Shown here piece after piece: positions 42,855-55,280 of a stretch of DNA of 64,000 bases. The translations under genes were made by a program, and so were the position numbers. A model generated the notes under the pieces. That model made no database searches, was not told where the DNA came from, and was given only the letters and a program-made list of their open reading frames with translations. The number at the start of each line of letters is the position of its first letter. Position 1 is the stretch's first letter. Source of the DNA: an uncultured Candidatus Entotheonella sp. GTDB taxonomy: Bacteria; Tectomicrobia; Entotheonellia; Entotheonellales; Entotheonellaceae. Where the stretch lies: NCBI GenBank assembly GCA_965217185.1, contig OZ244252.1, forward strand, positions 2,816,001 to 2,880,000, in the 5' to 3' direction.

Positions 42855-45372
42855 GCATCCGGCGGGACGGCGGTCCGGCATCGCCGGTGGGGGTCGGGGA
42901 AACGGTGGTCACCGCTCCGTTGATCAAAGAGGCGGTTGACGTGGCATGCGTCGGGTCGATGAACACCTCGAAGTACGGGTCACCCTCCGGCGTGCGTGTG
43001 ATGGCGTCCGTTTCATCCTGCACGGCCTGGCGGACGAAGCGGATGCCCGGCGGGATGGGGAAATCCGTCACCGGCTGTCCCTGCAGCGCCTTTTGCATGA
43101 ACGCCAGCCAGATCGGCGCCGCCACCCGGCCGCCGCTCTCGCGTTTGCCCAGCGAGACCTGATTGTCGAATCCCACCCATACGCCGGCAACGATCTCGGG
43201 CGTATAACCGATAAACCAGGCGTCGTGGAAGTCGTTCGTGGTACCTGTCTTGCCCGCCACCGGGCGCTCCAGGGCGCGCACCCCTCGCCCGGTGCCGTGC
43301 TGCACGACGCTCTCCAGCATGTTGGTGACGGTGTAGGCCACCTCCGGGCTCATGACGCGCTGCGCCGTCAGCATGTGCTCTTCTTTAATCGTTCCATAGC
43401 GGTCCACGATGCGGGTGATGAACACCGGCTCGGTATGAATCCCCTGGTTGGCGAACACCCCGTAGAGGGTGGTGACGTCGAGCAGCGTCATCTCCGCGGC
43501 CCCCAGGGCCAGAGACAGCACGCACGGCAGTTCGCGGCGCACACCGAGCCGCCGGGCATAGGCGCAGGCGGCGTCCACACCGATTTTTTCCAGCACGTCG
43601 ATGGTCGCCAGATTGCGCGACTTGGTAAGCGCCAGACGCAGCGGGATCGGCCCGAGGAATTTCTGGTCATAGTTTTCCGGTTCCCACGTGCTGCCCCCGG
43701 GAATCTCGCGCACGATGGGGTCGTCCGAGACCTGAGAGGTCGGATTCATGCCGGCTTCGATGGCAGCGGCGAAAATGACCGGCTTGAACGCCGAACCGGG
43801 CTGTCGAACCGCCCGCAGTGCCCGGTTGAACTGGCTGCTGTCAAAGTCGTAGCCGCCGATCATGGCCAACACGTGGTTGCTGCTGGCCTCCAGCGCCAGC
43901 AACGCCCCCTGCACCTCCGGGTCCTGCTCAAGCGCCAACTGGTGCGACAGCCCCTCGGGGTCGGGCTGCATAACCTGCACTCGTACGACGTCGCCGCGCC
44001 GCAGCAACTGCGTCAAATCACCGTCGAACTTGCCCGGCTCGCCGACCACCGATCGAATCCACTCGATGCCCCCCGGCTTGATCACACCGCGCGACTTGCG
44101 GACGGCCACGGTGGCGCTGTCCGCCTGCACTTCCAGCACCACGCCCGCCAACAGGTCCCCGTCATACACCGTCGGAGAAGCGCCGTGCGTCATGGTGATC
44201 GCCTCGATCAGCGCGGTGTTGCGGGCTGCGTCCGAAGTGAGCACCACGTTGCGGGAGGGCGGCTTCCAGGCACCGCGGCGGACGCGCTTGTCCACCGTCA
44301 ACAGGCCGTCCTGGATGGCCCGTTGCGCCGTCTGTTGCAGCCGCAGATCCAGGGTTGTATGTACCGTGAAGCCGCCGCGGTACAGCGCCGTCGGGCCGTA
44401 TTCGTCTTCCAGATGCTGGCGCACGTGCTCAATGAAATACGGCGCCTTGTTGACGCGATGGGTGACGTGCGGACGCTCGCCGGGGGAACACAGCGGCTCC
44501 TGTTCCGCCGCTGCCGCTTCTTCGGGGTTCAGGTAGCCTTCGTCTACCATGCGCCGCAGGACGTGCGCCCGCTGCCGCAGGCTGCGTTCCGGGTTTCTCA
44601 ACGGTGAATACGTATTCGGGGCCGGCGGCAGACCGGCGATCATGGCGCCATCGGCGAGGCTGAGATCGGCCACGGATTTGCCGCAGTAAAGTTGGGCCGC
44701 CGCTTCGATGCCGTAGGTGTTGTGGCCGTAGAAAATCTGGTTCAGATAGATCTGCAGGATGCTGTCTTTGTCGTACCGCTGCTCGATGCGGCGGGCCAGG
44801 ATGGCCTCACGGATTTTGCGCCGCAGCGTGCGTTCACGGGTGAGGAAGAGATTGCGCGCCACCTGCTGGGTGATCGTGCTGGCGCCCTCGCGGGTGATGC
44901 CGGCGCGTAGATTCACCCAGACGGCGCGCCCGATGCCGATGTAATCCACCCCACCGTGCGAGTAGAAACGGCTGTCTTCGGCGGCAATCGTCGCGTGCCG
45001 CACGTAGATGGGGATTTCGGTGAGGTGCACCAGGCGGCGTTTTTCGACGAAGAACTCGGCGATCAGTTGTTCGTGGCGGTCGTACACCTCGGTGACCAAG
45101 CTGGGCTGATAATCTTCGAGCGCCGCCACGTCGGGCAAATCGGTCGCCAACTCCCGATACGCGACGTAGCCTGCCGTGCCCGCTCCGGTAATACCCAACA
45201 ACATCAAAACGGCGAAGCCGATGAGCACGCGGCGCAGGATGCGACGGCGCCGCCGGGACTGTGCCGACCGTCTTGGCCGTCTCGGCGCTCTGACGTTCGC
45301 GTTTGGATTCCGTGACCTGCCGTGCCTCGTCCTACCGTGGCTCGGCCGGCGATTCTGCGGTTCCTCGCTCAT
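42805..45372 (-). CDS. mrcA: Penicillin-binding protein 1A
   Basis: EDSRFYSHGG, GASTITQQ, SAFK, SRN and KTG motifs. Confidence 0.95.
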   Translation of the reverse strand: MSEEPQNRRPSHGRTRHGRSRNPNANVRAPRRPRRSAQSRRRRRILRRVLIGFAVLMLLGITGAGTAGYVAYRELATDLPDVAALEDYQPSLVTEVYDRHEQLIAEFFVEKRRLVHLTEIPIYVRHATIAAEDSRFYSHGGVDYIGIGRAVWVNLRAGITREGASTITQQVARNLFLTRERTLRRKIREAILARRIEQRYDKDSILQIYLNQIFYGHNTYGIEAAAQLYCGKSVADLSLADGAMIAGLPPAPNTYSPLRNPERSLRQRAHVLRRMVDEGYLNPEEAAAAEQEPLCSPGERPHVTHRVNKAPYFIEHVRQHLEDEYGPTALYRGGFTVHTTLDLRLQQTAQRAIQDGLLTVDKRVRRGAWKPPSRNVVLTSDAARNTALIEAITMTHGASPTVYDGDLLAGVVLEVQADSATVAVRKSRGVIKPGGIEWIRSVVGEPGKFDGDLTQLLRRGDVVRVQVMQPDPEGLSHQLALEQDPEVQGALLALEASSNHVLAMIGGYDFDSSQFNRALRAVRQPGSAFKPVIFAAAIEAGMNPTSQVSDDPIVREIPGGSTWEPENYDQKFLGPIPLRLALTKSRNLATIDVLEKIGVDAACAYARRLGVRRELPCVLSLALGAAEMTLLDVTTLYGVFANQGIHTEPVFITRIVDRYGTIKEEHMLTAQRVMSPEVAYTVTNMLESVVQHGTGRGVRALERPVAGKTGTTNDFHDAWFIGYTPEIVAGVWVGFDNQVSLGKRESGGRVAAPIWLAFMQKALQGQPVTDFPIPPGIRFVRQAVQDETDAITRTPEGDPYFEVFIDPTHATSTASLINGAVTTVSPTPTGDAGPPSRRMLNQLDRRRRDTETPAR

Positions 45373-46097
45373 CTCCCTTGCCCTCCTTGGCCCGGCAGGC
45401 CCAATTCACGCTGGATGTCCTGCATGTCCTCCCACACCTTGCGCTTGTCCTGCGGGTTGCGCAGCAGGTACGCCGGGTGGAAGGTGGGCCGTACCAGGAT
45501 GTCGCCCATTGGGTGAAACCGCCCACGCAGGCGGGAGATGCGCTCATCGGTTTGCAGCAGCGTCTGAGCTGCGAAGGCGCCGAGGGCGCAGATGACGCGC
45601 GGCTTCAGACAGGCCAACTGCTTATCGATGATCGGCCGGCACGCCGCCACCTCGTCGGGCAGCGGGTTGCGGTTTTGCGGCGGGCGGCACTTGATGACGT
45701 TGAGAATGTAGACGTCCTGACGGGTCAGGCCGATGGCCTGAATGATGCGGGTGAGAAGCTGACCGGCCGCGCCGACGAACGGCTCGCCCTGGATGTCTTC
45801 ATCGCGTCCTGGCGCCTCGCCGACGAACACCAGGTCAGCCGCGGGGTTGCCGGTGCCGAACACCACCTGCCGACGGCCTTCGTGCAGGCGGCAGGCTTGG
45901 CAATCCTTGACGGACGCCGCGAGTTCCGCCAGTTGCGCGGCGGTGTTGGCTGAGGATGATACCGGGCTTGAGACGTTCGGGCCCACCACGGCACCGCGCG
46001 CCGATGGCAGCACCAGCGGCAATTCCGTAACGCCGAGGCGCTGCAAATAGCGCACGTAGTCCCGCAGCGCGGCCGCGGCGGTGCCAGCCGGGTTCAT
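45369..46097 (-). CDS. Family 4 uracil-DNA glycosylase
   Basis: [27 protein letters not shown]. Confidence 0.95.
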   Translation of the reverse strand: MNPAGTAAAALRDYVRYLQRLGVTELPLVLPSARGAVVGPNVSSPVSSSANTAAQLAELAASVKDCQACRLHEGRRQVVFGTGNPAADLVFVGEAPGRDEDIQGEPFVGAAGQLLTRIIQAIGLTRQDVYILNVIKCRPPQNRNPLPDEVAACRPIIDKQLACLKPRVICALGAFAAQTLLQTDERISRLRGRFHPMGDILVRPTFHPAYLLRNPQDKRKVWEDMQDIQRELGLPGQGGQGR

Positions 46098-47317
46098 GCC
46101 CCGTCTCCCTGGCGCTGCGTCAGCACCGCCTGGACGCGATCGAGGATGGCCTCCGCCAAGGCCCGCTTGCTCATCACCGGCAAGGGCTCGATGCGACCGG
46201 CAGCGTCGATCAGGTGCACGCGATTGTGGTCGCTGGCAAAACCCATCGCGGGGTCGCTGACGTCATTGGCCACGATCAGGTCCAGGGCCTTTTTGCTCAC
46301 CTTCTGCTTCGCGTTGGCCAGCAGGTCGCGCGTTTCGGCGGCGAAGCCAACCAGCACGCGCTTGCCTTTTACGGCGCCCAGTTCGGCCAGGATGTCGGGG
46401 TTGCGTTCGAGCGCGATGCTCAGCGTCGCGTCCTCCTTCTTGACCTTGTCGGCGATAACGGTCGCGGGCCGGAAATCCGACACGGCCGCCGATTTGATGA
46501 CCACGTCGGCGGCTGCGAAATGCTCCCGCACCGCGTCGCGCATCTGCACCGCCGTGCGTACCGGGACGCAGGTGACGCCAACCGGCGCCTGCAAGTGCGT
46601 GGGGCCGGTAATGAGCACCACTTCGGCACCGCGCTGTCGGGCCGCTTCGGCGATGGCGAAGCCGGTCTTGCCGGAAGAAGCATTGGAGATGTGGCGTACC
46701 GGATCGATCTGCTCTTGCGTGGGGCCGGCGGTGACGATCACCGTCTTGCCGCTCAGGACAGTCGTCTGCCGCAGCGAAGCGGCTACGGCCTCGACCACGG
46801 TTGCGGCAGCGAGGCTCCAGCCCAACTCGTCCGCAGAGTCGTTCGTTTCCGACACCCCGGCGTCGCACAGGGTCACCCCGGCGTCGCGCAAGCGCTGCAC
46901 GTTCTGCCGCACCAGCGGGTGCTGATACTCGGCGGCACGCGCGGCGCAGGCGAACACCGTCGGCCCGTTGTGCAGCAGCATCGCCCGCACGAGGGCCTCA
47001 TCGGCCCAGCCGGTCGCCGCCTTGGCGATCAGCGCCGGGGTTGCGGGCACCACCACCAAGCCGTCGGCATTTCGCACCAAGGCGTGTAGGGAATGGAAGT
47101 CCTGCGCGCCCATGCGACCGTACAGGTCGCCGGGCATGAGCACGTCGCCATCAGCGAGGCTGCGGAAGGTCAGGGCCGGCACAAAGGCTTCGGTTTCGGC
47201 GCTGAGCACGACCCGCACGCCGGCGCCGGCGCGTTGCAGGGCGCGCAACACCTCGATGGCCGCCGACGTCAACGGTCCGCCGCCAACGCCGAGCATGATG
47301 GTTTTGGCCTGCAGCAT
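46094..47317 (-). CDS. coaBC: CoaBC; CoaB domain canonical, CoaC domain divergent
   Basis: TAGPTQEQIDPVRHISNASSGK, SAAVSDF, VGFAAET, IVANDV. Confidence 0.9.
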   Translation of the reverse strand: MLQAKTIMLGVGGGPLTSAAIEVLRALQRAGAGVRVVLSAETEAFVPALTFRSLADGDVLMPGDLYGRMGAQDFHSLHALVRNADGLVVVPATPALIAKAATGWADEALVRAMLLHNGPTVFACAARAAEYQHPLVRQNVQRLRDAGVTLCDAGVSETNDSADELGWSLAAATVVEAVAASLRQTTVLSGKTVIVTAGPTQEQIDPVRHISNASSGKTGFAIAEAARQRGAEVVLITGPTHLQAPVGVTCVPVRTAVQMRDAVREHFAAADVVIKSAAVSDFRPATVIADKVKKEDATLSIALERNPDILAELGAVKGKRVLVGFAAETRDLLANAKQKVSKKALDLIVANDVSDPAMGFASDHNRVHLIDAAGRIEPLPVMSKRALAEAILDRVQAVLTQRQGDGA

Positions 47318-47333
47318 GGTTGAAACTCCCGCC

Positions 47334-47948
47334 TTACGTACCGCCGTTCAGGAGTTGCAGAATCGGCGCCGGATCAGCGCGCCGAACACGGTGGCGCTCC
47401 GCGAGGACGATGGCCTTCAGCGCCGCCAGCGCTTCGGCAAAGCAGTCGTTGATCAGCACGTAGTCATACGCCGTGTACTGGGCGCTTTCCTGCCGGGCGA
47501 CTGCCAGCCTTGCGCGCGCTGTTTTGGTGCCGGACTCGCGCCCCGCCAGCCGCTCTTCCAACGCCTGCCACGAGGGCGGTAGCACGAAGACGTGCACCGC
47601 GTCGACGCCAGCGCGGCGCAATTGTTCGGCGCCTTGCACGTCGATGACCAGCAAGACGTCCTTGCCGGCAGCCGTGGCCTCGTCGATTGGCTGCCGCAGC
47701 GTGCCGTAGCGGTGCCGGTGCACGCAGGCCCATTCCAGAAAATCCCCGGCAGCCACGCGCTCGGCAAATTGTTGTGCACTGATGAAGTAATAGTCGAGGC
47801 CATCCTGTTCCTGCGCCCGCGGCGCGCGCGTGGTGCAGGAGACGGATCGCACCACGTCGTCCATGGCGGCGCACAGTGCCTCGCACAGCGATGTCTTGCC
47901 GCCGCCGGAGGGCGCCGATATCACGAACAGGATTCCCTTGCGGCTCAT
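47334..47948 (-). CDS. gmk: Guanylate kinase
   Basis: SAPSGGGKT, TTRAPR..EQDGLDYYF, IDVQGA. Confidence 0.96.
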   Translation of the reverse strand: MSRKGILFVISAPSGGGKTSLCEALCAAMDDVVRSVSCTTRAPRAQEQDGLDYYFISAQQFAERVAAGDFLEWACVHRHRYGTLRQPIDEATAAGKDVLLVIDVQGAEQLRRAGVDAVHVFVLPPSWQALEERLAGRESGTKTARARLAVARQESAQYTAYDYVLINDCFAEALAALKAIVLAERHRVRRADPAPILQLLNGGT

Positions 47949-47993
47949 CTGGTGTCCCGTGACGCGCAGCCGGCTGGCCCGACCCCGCATCGG

Positions 47994-48872
47994 CTATTCG
48001 ATGTTCTGGATCTGCTCGCGGCAGCGCTCCAACTCACTTTTGATCTCCACCACGCAATGCGAAATCGTCAGGTCGTTGGCCTTGGCGGCGATCGTTTCGA
48101 TCTCGCGGCGCATTTCCTGCACCAGAAAATCGACCTTGCGGCCCACCGCCTCGCCGGAGGCCAACAGCGCCTGCATGGCCTGCAAGTGCGCCCCCAGCCG
48201 CGTCAACTCCTCGGTGATGTCGCCGCGCTCGGCAAACAGGACGGCTTCCTGCGCCAGGCGTGCGGCGTCCAGGTCGACGCGTTCAAACCATTCCTTGACC
48301 CGCTGTTCCAGACGCTGCTGGTGGTCCGTCACCACCTGCGGCAGGCGCTGGCGGATCAAATCCAGTTGCTGGGCAACCGCCTGCATGCGGGCGCTCAGAT
48401 CCCCGCACAGAAAGGCGCCTTCCTGCAGCCGCATGGCCTTGAGCGCATCCAGTGCCGCCACCAGCCCCGCGGCAATGAGCGGCCAGTCGGCTTCCACGTC
48501 CGCCGGCACGTTCTCACTGACCCTAAGCACGTCGCGCAAGCCCATCAGCAGGCTCATGTCGACGGTGCCCGGCACCCCCAGGCGGTACTGCAACTCCCGC
48601 AGCGCCTCGTAGTACTGCTGGGCCAGGGCGTAATCCGGCGTCACGGTGCGGGCGGCATGGCCGTTCTCGTCCAGGGTGATGCGGATGTCGATACGGCCGC
48701 GCGCAAAATGCTGACTGACGAGTTGTTTCATCCGTGCTTCGAGGGGCGCGTAAGCACGAGGGTAGTGCCAGGCGATGTCGAGATGGCGGTGGTTGACCGA
48801 CCTGGCTTCGATGGTCAGGGCCAGGCGGGCGTCGTGCACGTCGCTGCGGCCGTAGCCGGTCATGCTTTGCAT
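47994..48872 (-). CDS. yicC: YicC/YloC family endoribonuclease
   Basis: MQSMTGYG, SVNHRHLD, DITEELTRL, GRKVDFLVQE, REQIQNIE. Confidence 0.95.
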   Translation of the reverse strand: MQSMTGYGRSDVHDARLALTIEARSVNHRHLDIAWHYPRAYAPLEARMKQLVSQHFARGRIDIRITLDENGHAARTVTPDYALAQQYYEALRELQYRLGVPGTVDMSLLMGLRDVLRVSENVPADVEADWPLIAAGLVAALDALKAMRLQEGAFLCGDLSARMQAVAQQLDLIRQRLPQVVTDHQQRLEQRVKEWFERVDLDAARLAQEAVLFAERGDITEELTRLGAHLQAMQALLASGEAVGRKVDFLVQEMRREIETIAAKANDLTISHCVVEIKSELERCREQIQNIE

Positions 48873-48895
48873 AGGTAAGGCCTGTGTCCCAGGGT

Positions 48896-49795
48896 TTAGG
48901 GCGTCGTCACCGAATCCGTCGAGGCAGGTTGCAGGGCAGCGCTCAAGAAGGGCATCAGCCGGGGCACGACCGTGCGGGCTGCCTCTTCGAGGGCAAGGGC
49001 GCTGGCCTGCCCGGAATGGTTATCATCCACATTTGCCTCCCCCCGCTCCTGCGCCAGCACGCCACCCGTGGGGGTATCCAGGACACGCAGTTGCAAAATG
49101 GCATGCACGGCGGAACCGGACACCGCATTGTAGGTCTGCTGAACCCCGGCATGCCCGACTAGCAGCATGGCGATCTCAGCCTCGCGCGCCGCTTGTAAGG
49201 CCGCGTCCTCGGTGCCGTCCCACTGCAAACCGGGCTCCAGCTCGCCGATGCGCACACCGAGTTCCGCCAACTGCGAGCGCAGCATTCGGGTGACGACGCC
49301 GCGCTCGGCCCACCACGTCGACGTTGCCTGGCCGAGGTGACGCTCCGTAATCAGGATGGCCAACCGTCCGGCGTCACCTCCCGGCAGCCGTCCCGGATCA
49401 ACCGTAGCGACCGACGAACCCAACGTCGCCAGCGCCTGCTGCACCCTTGGCAAGGCGACTTCTGCCTCCAGGCGGACGCGGTAGACCTTGCCCGGGGCGT
49501 CGGGGTATTCCCACAGCACGCGGTAGCTGGAGATGTACGGCCACGGCTCGGCGTATAAACGCTCGTTCAACAAATGGATATTGGCCACCACCGCATCGGT
49601 GTCGAGCACGCTCAGGACGGCCTCTTCCAGTGCCGCGCGCAATGCCGCACGAACCGCTTGCTGCCGCGCCGCCGCCTGGTTCTCCGACACGATGGCCCCG
49701 ACGCCCTCAACCTGATAGGTCCACGAGGGGGCAGCAAAGCCGTTCGGCGATGCCGACAACAGCAGCAGGATCAGGCCGATCATCGTCTTGCGCAT
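48896..49795 (-). CDS. Secreted hypothetical protein (FlgT N-terminal-like)
   Basis: Signal peptide; VEGVGAI..AARQQAVRAALRAALE. Confidence 0.6.
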   Translation of the reverse strand: MRKTMIGLILLLLSASPNGFAAPSWTYQVEGVGAIVSENQAAARQQAVRAALRAALEEAVLSVLDTDAVVANIHLLNERLYAEPWPYISSYRVLWEYPDAPGKVYRVRLEAEVALPRVQQALATLGSSVATVDPGRLPGGDAGRLAILITERHLGQATSTWWAERGVVTRMLRSQLAELGVRIGELEPGLQWDGTEDAALQAAREAEIAMLLVGHAGVQQTYNAVSGSAVHAILQLRVLDTPTGGVLAQERGEANVDDNHSGQASALALEEAARTVVPRLMPFLSAALQPASTDSVTTP

Positions 49796-49817
49796 CCGTG
49801 TTCCCCCATCCCGGCGT

Positions 49818-50573
49818 TTATGACGCTGCCTTGCCGAGGCCGCAGGCTTGGTACAACTTGTCCACTTCAAACGATTCGAGAAAGCGAAACTGGCCCAGGG
49901 CGAGACCGGCGAGGGTCAGGGGGCCCAGACCGACGCGTTGCAACCTACGAATACCATAGCCGCCGCAACGTTCCAGCATGCGGTGGACCTGCCGATTTTT
50001 CCCCTCGCGCAGAGTTATCCGCAACCAGCAGGTCTTCTCAAAGCGCCGCACCACGTACACCTGCGCGGGCGAGGTCCTGCCGTCGGGCAGGTCGACGCCG
50101 CGCCGCATGGTTTCGAGGTCCTTTTCGGCTACCGTGCCGTTGACGCGCACCAGGTAGACGCGCGGCGTGCCGTAGCGTGGGTGCAGCAGGCGATTCGCCA
50201 GCGGGCCGTCGTTGGTCAGCAGCAGCAACCCTTCGGTATTGAAGTCCAGACGGCCGACCGGAAACAGGCGCACCGGCTTGTACTTCATCAGGTCGAACAC
50301 GGTAGGGCGGCCCTTTTCGTCATTGGTGGTGGTGACGCACCCAGACGGCTTGTGCAGCATCACGTAGCGCATCGGCGCCCGCGGGCGCAGTCGGCGGCCG
50401 TCCACCACGACGACGTCGTTGGCATCAACCGACGTGCCGAGCACAGTCACCAAGCGGCCATTGACGCGCACACGCCCCTGCGAAATCATCTCTTCGGCCT
50501 TGCGGCGCGAGGCCAAGCCGGCCTGCGCAATGACCTTCTGCAATCGAGTAGAAGCTGGCGACGCTCTGGACAT
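49818..50573 (-). CDS. rluB: RluB/RsuA-family pseudouridine synthase
   Basis: S4 domain RLQKVIAQAGLASRR, PVGRLDFNTEGLL, EGKNRQV. Confidence 0.92.
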   Translation of the reverse strand: MSRASPASTRLQKVIAQAGLASRRKAEEMISQGRVRVNGRLVTVLGTSVDANDVVVVDGRRLRPRAPMRYVMLHKPSGCVTTTNDEKGRPTVFDLMKYKPVRLFPVGRLDFNTEGLLLLTNDGPLANRLLHPRYGTPRVYLVRVNGTVAEKDLETMRRGVDLPDGRTSPAQVYVVRRFEKTCWLRITLREGKNRQVHRMLERCGGYGIRRLQRVGLGPLTLAGLALGQFRFLESFEVDKLYQACGLGKAAS

Positions 50574-50813
50574 GGGAGAAAGTCCCTCTTTTCGGTGGGG
50601 TCGGGTGTTTGGCAGCGGTTGGTCAGGAAACACCCATAACTAATTGTATGAATCACTCAAGAATGCGTCAACGCGAATTTCCCCACTGAAACGTGGTTTC
50701 AGGCGAGTTTTCAGACCATCATGGCACCGTTCGGATAGCTGGAGTTCCACCCTGTTAAACGCTACAATGCCTGCCTTCGCTTCCCGACCGACACGCGCTT
50801 ACAGGATTCGACC

Positions 50814-52246
50814 ATGCCTTCCGAACCCATGGGCAACGTGCACCTTCCCTATCTGCGCCGATTGCCGGCGGTCGATGAACTCCTGCGTACCCCGCAAGCG
50901 CAGCACTGGCAGGCCCGATTGTCGCGGCAAATCGTGACGGACGCCGTCCGCCAGGCGCTGGAAGCCACCCGACACAGCATTCTGCAGACCACTGAGGAGA
51001 CCGCACTGGCCGCCCTGCCCGTCGGCGCGTCAGCCGTGCTATCGCAGGTGGAGGCTATCCTACGCGCCGCGCAAGGCCGCGAATTGCAGCCCCTCATCAA
51101 CGCCACCGGGGTCATCGTGCACACCAACCTCGGCCGCTCGCTGCTGGCCGACTCGGCGGTGGCCAACATGCAGACGGTGGCCGCGGCATACAGCAATCTC
51201 GAATACGATGTGGAACTCGGCGAGCGCGGCACCCGCTACGGGCACCTTGAAGGGCTCCTGCGCTCCCTCACCGGTGCCGAAGCCGCCCTGGTGGTCAACA
51301 ACAACGCCGCGGCGGTGTACCTGGCCCTGCAGGCGCTGGCCAAGGGCAGCGAGGTGATCGTGTCGCGCGGCCAGCTCATCGAAATCGGCGGCTCATTCCG
51401 CATCCCCGACATCATGCGCAGCAGCGGCGCCGTTCTGCGCGAGGTCGGCAGCACCAACAAAACCCACCTGCGGGATTACGCCGCCGGCATCTCGGCGGAC
51501 ACCGCGCTGCTACTGCGGGTGCACACCAGCAATTACCGCATCGTCGGCTTTACCGCCGAGGTGCCGCGGCGCGAGCTGGTGGCGCTGGGCCGCGAGCACG
51601 GCCTGCCGGTCATGGAGGACCTGGGCAGCGGCACGCTGGTCGATCTGCAACCGTACGGCCTGCACGACGAGCCGACCGTTAACGAGGTGGTCGCCGGCGG
51701 CGTCGACGTGGTGACGTTCAGCGGCGACAAATTGCTGGGCGGGCCGCAGGCCGGCATCGTGGTGGGCAAGGCCGCCTACGTCGATCAATTGCGGCGCCAT
51801 CCGATGCACCGCGCCGTGCGGGTGGACAAGTTCACGGTGGCGGCGCTGGAAGCCACACTGAAGCTGTACGCCGACCCGGAAACGGCACGGCGGCAGATTC
51901 CCACCCTGGCGATGCTCGGCCTGTCGCCGCGCGACGTCGCGCGGCGCATTCGACGGCTGCGGCGTCTGTTGCCGGCCGGCAGCGACGCCGCCTACCGGCC
52001 GCAAGTGATCGACGGCACCTCGGCCGTCGGCGGCGGCGCCCTGCCGCTGGCCGTGCTGCCCACCAAGCTGCTGGCACTGCAGCCGGATTTCTGTTCGGTT
52101 AGCAGCCTCGAACGGCGCCTGCGCTGCCGCCGCCCGGCCGTCATCGGGCGCATCGCGCGGGATCAGCTACTGCTGGACCTGCGCACGGTTGCGGAACGCG
52201 AGGTCCCCGAGCTCGCCGCCGCCCTGCACGAACTGGTTCCAACAAC

Positions 52247-52250
<4 letters not shown>
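50814..52250 (+). CDS. selA: L-seryl-tRNA(Sec) selenium transferase
   Basis: [44 protein letters not shown]. Confidence 0.97.
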
Positions 52251-54154
<1,904 letters not shown>

Positions 54155-54181
54155 CAACCCCGCACCCACGAAGGACGGGCC

Positions 54182-54793
54182 ATGGCCAGTCGTACAACGC
54201 CAAAACGCAAGCAGCAACCCGCCGCGGCCGAAAAGCCGATCAGCCGCTACCCGGTACCGGCCCTTGAAGACCTGCCCGTCGACCTGCAAGCGCGCATCGT
54301 CGAGGTGCAGGCCAAAACCGGCTTCATCCCCAACGTTTTTCTTGTCCTGGCGCATCGCCCCGATGAATTCCGCGCCTTTTTCGCCTACTACGACGCCCTC
54401 ATGCTGCGCGACAGCGGCCTGTCCAAGGCCGAGCGCGAGATGATTGTGGTGGCCACCAGCGCCGCCAACGGCTGTCCGTACTGCGTGGTGGCGCACGGCG
54501 CCGTGCTGCGCATTTATGCGAAGAACCCCATCCTGGCCGACCAACTCACCGTGAACCATCGCCAAGCGGACATCACGGCGCGGCAGCGCGCCATGCTGAA
54601 TTTCGCCGTCAAAATGGCGCGCCGGCCCGAGCAGATTGAGGAAGCGGACGTTGAGACCTTACGCGGGGAGGGATTTTCCGACGAGGATGTCTGGGACATC
54701 GGCGCCATCACGGCGCTCTTCGCCATGTCCAACCGGTTGGCCCACCTGACGAACATGCGCCCCAACGAGGCGTTCTTTTCGCTGGGGCGCTGA
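54182..54793 (+). CDS. AhpD/CMD-family peroxidase-related enzyme
   Basis: EREMIVVATSAANGCPYCVVAHGA. Confidence 0.92.
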   Translation: MASRTTPKRKQQPAAAEKPISRYPVPALEDLPVDLQARIVEVQAKTGFIPNVFLVLAHRPDEFRAFFAYYDALMLRDSGLSKAEREMIVVATSAANGCPYCVVAHGAVLRIYAKNPILADQLTVNHRQADITARQRAMLNFAVKMARRPEQIEEADVETLRGEGFSDEDVWDIGAITALFAMSNRLAHLTNMRPNEAFFSLGR

Positions 54794-54824
54794 GGTAGGA
54801 CCGTAGAACTGTGCGGAGACGCGG

Positions 54825-55199
54825 CTATTCCAGCATGGCCAGGGTGCGGGCGACGAAGGTATGGATCAATGGACGGTCGATTTCGATCTCAAAGTCTTCC
54901 ATCTCATCGTGGTAGAAGTTTTTGTGGAACTTTTCGGCAGCCAGAAAACCGGCGTGCAACGCATCGTCCCCGGATTCCTGGGCGAGTCGTTGCACGGCGT
55001 TTTTCAAGTCACGGTGGGTACGGTGGCCCCAGCCGCGATGACGCGCAACAGCCATGACAGCATGGGAAGCGGCACCCCAGAGCTTTTCCGAAGCCTGCAG
55101 CCGGTCGCCGGCCTCGAACTCCCGGTCAGAGACGTCCAGAAACGCTTGAGCGGTGGCAACGCGATCCGGGCTCAGCATGGGCGTCTCCGGTTTGTGCAT
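54825..55199 (-). CDS. PaREP1/HEPN-like small protein
   Basis: GDRLQASEKLWGAA...HRTH...FHKNFYHD. Confidence 0.75.
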   Translation of the reverse strand: MHKPETPMLSPDRVATAQAFLDVSDREFEAGDRLQASEKLWGAASHAVMAVARHRGWGHRTHRDLKNAVQRLAQESGDDALHAGFLAAEKFHKNFYHDEMEDFEIEIDRPLIHTFVARTLAMLE

Positions 55200-55280
55200 T
55201 GATGATTCTGTGCCAGCAAGTCAATTCCTTGCCGCGAAAACTTGGGCACTGACGACCGATGCTCAAATCTTACCGTTTCG

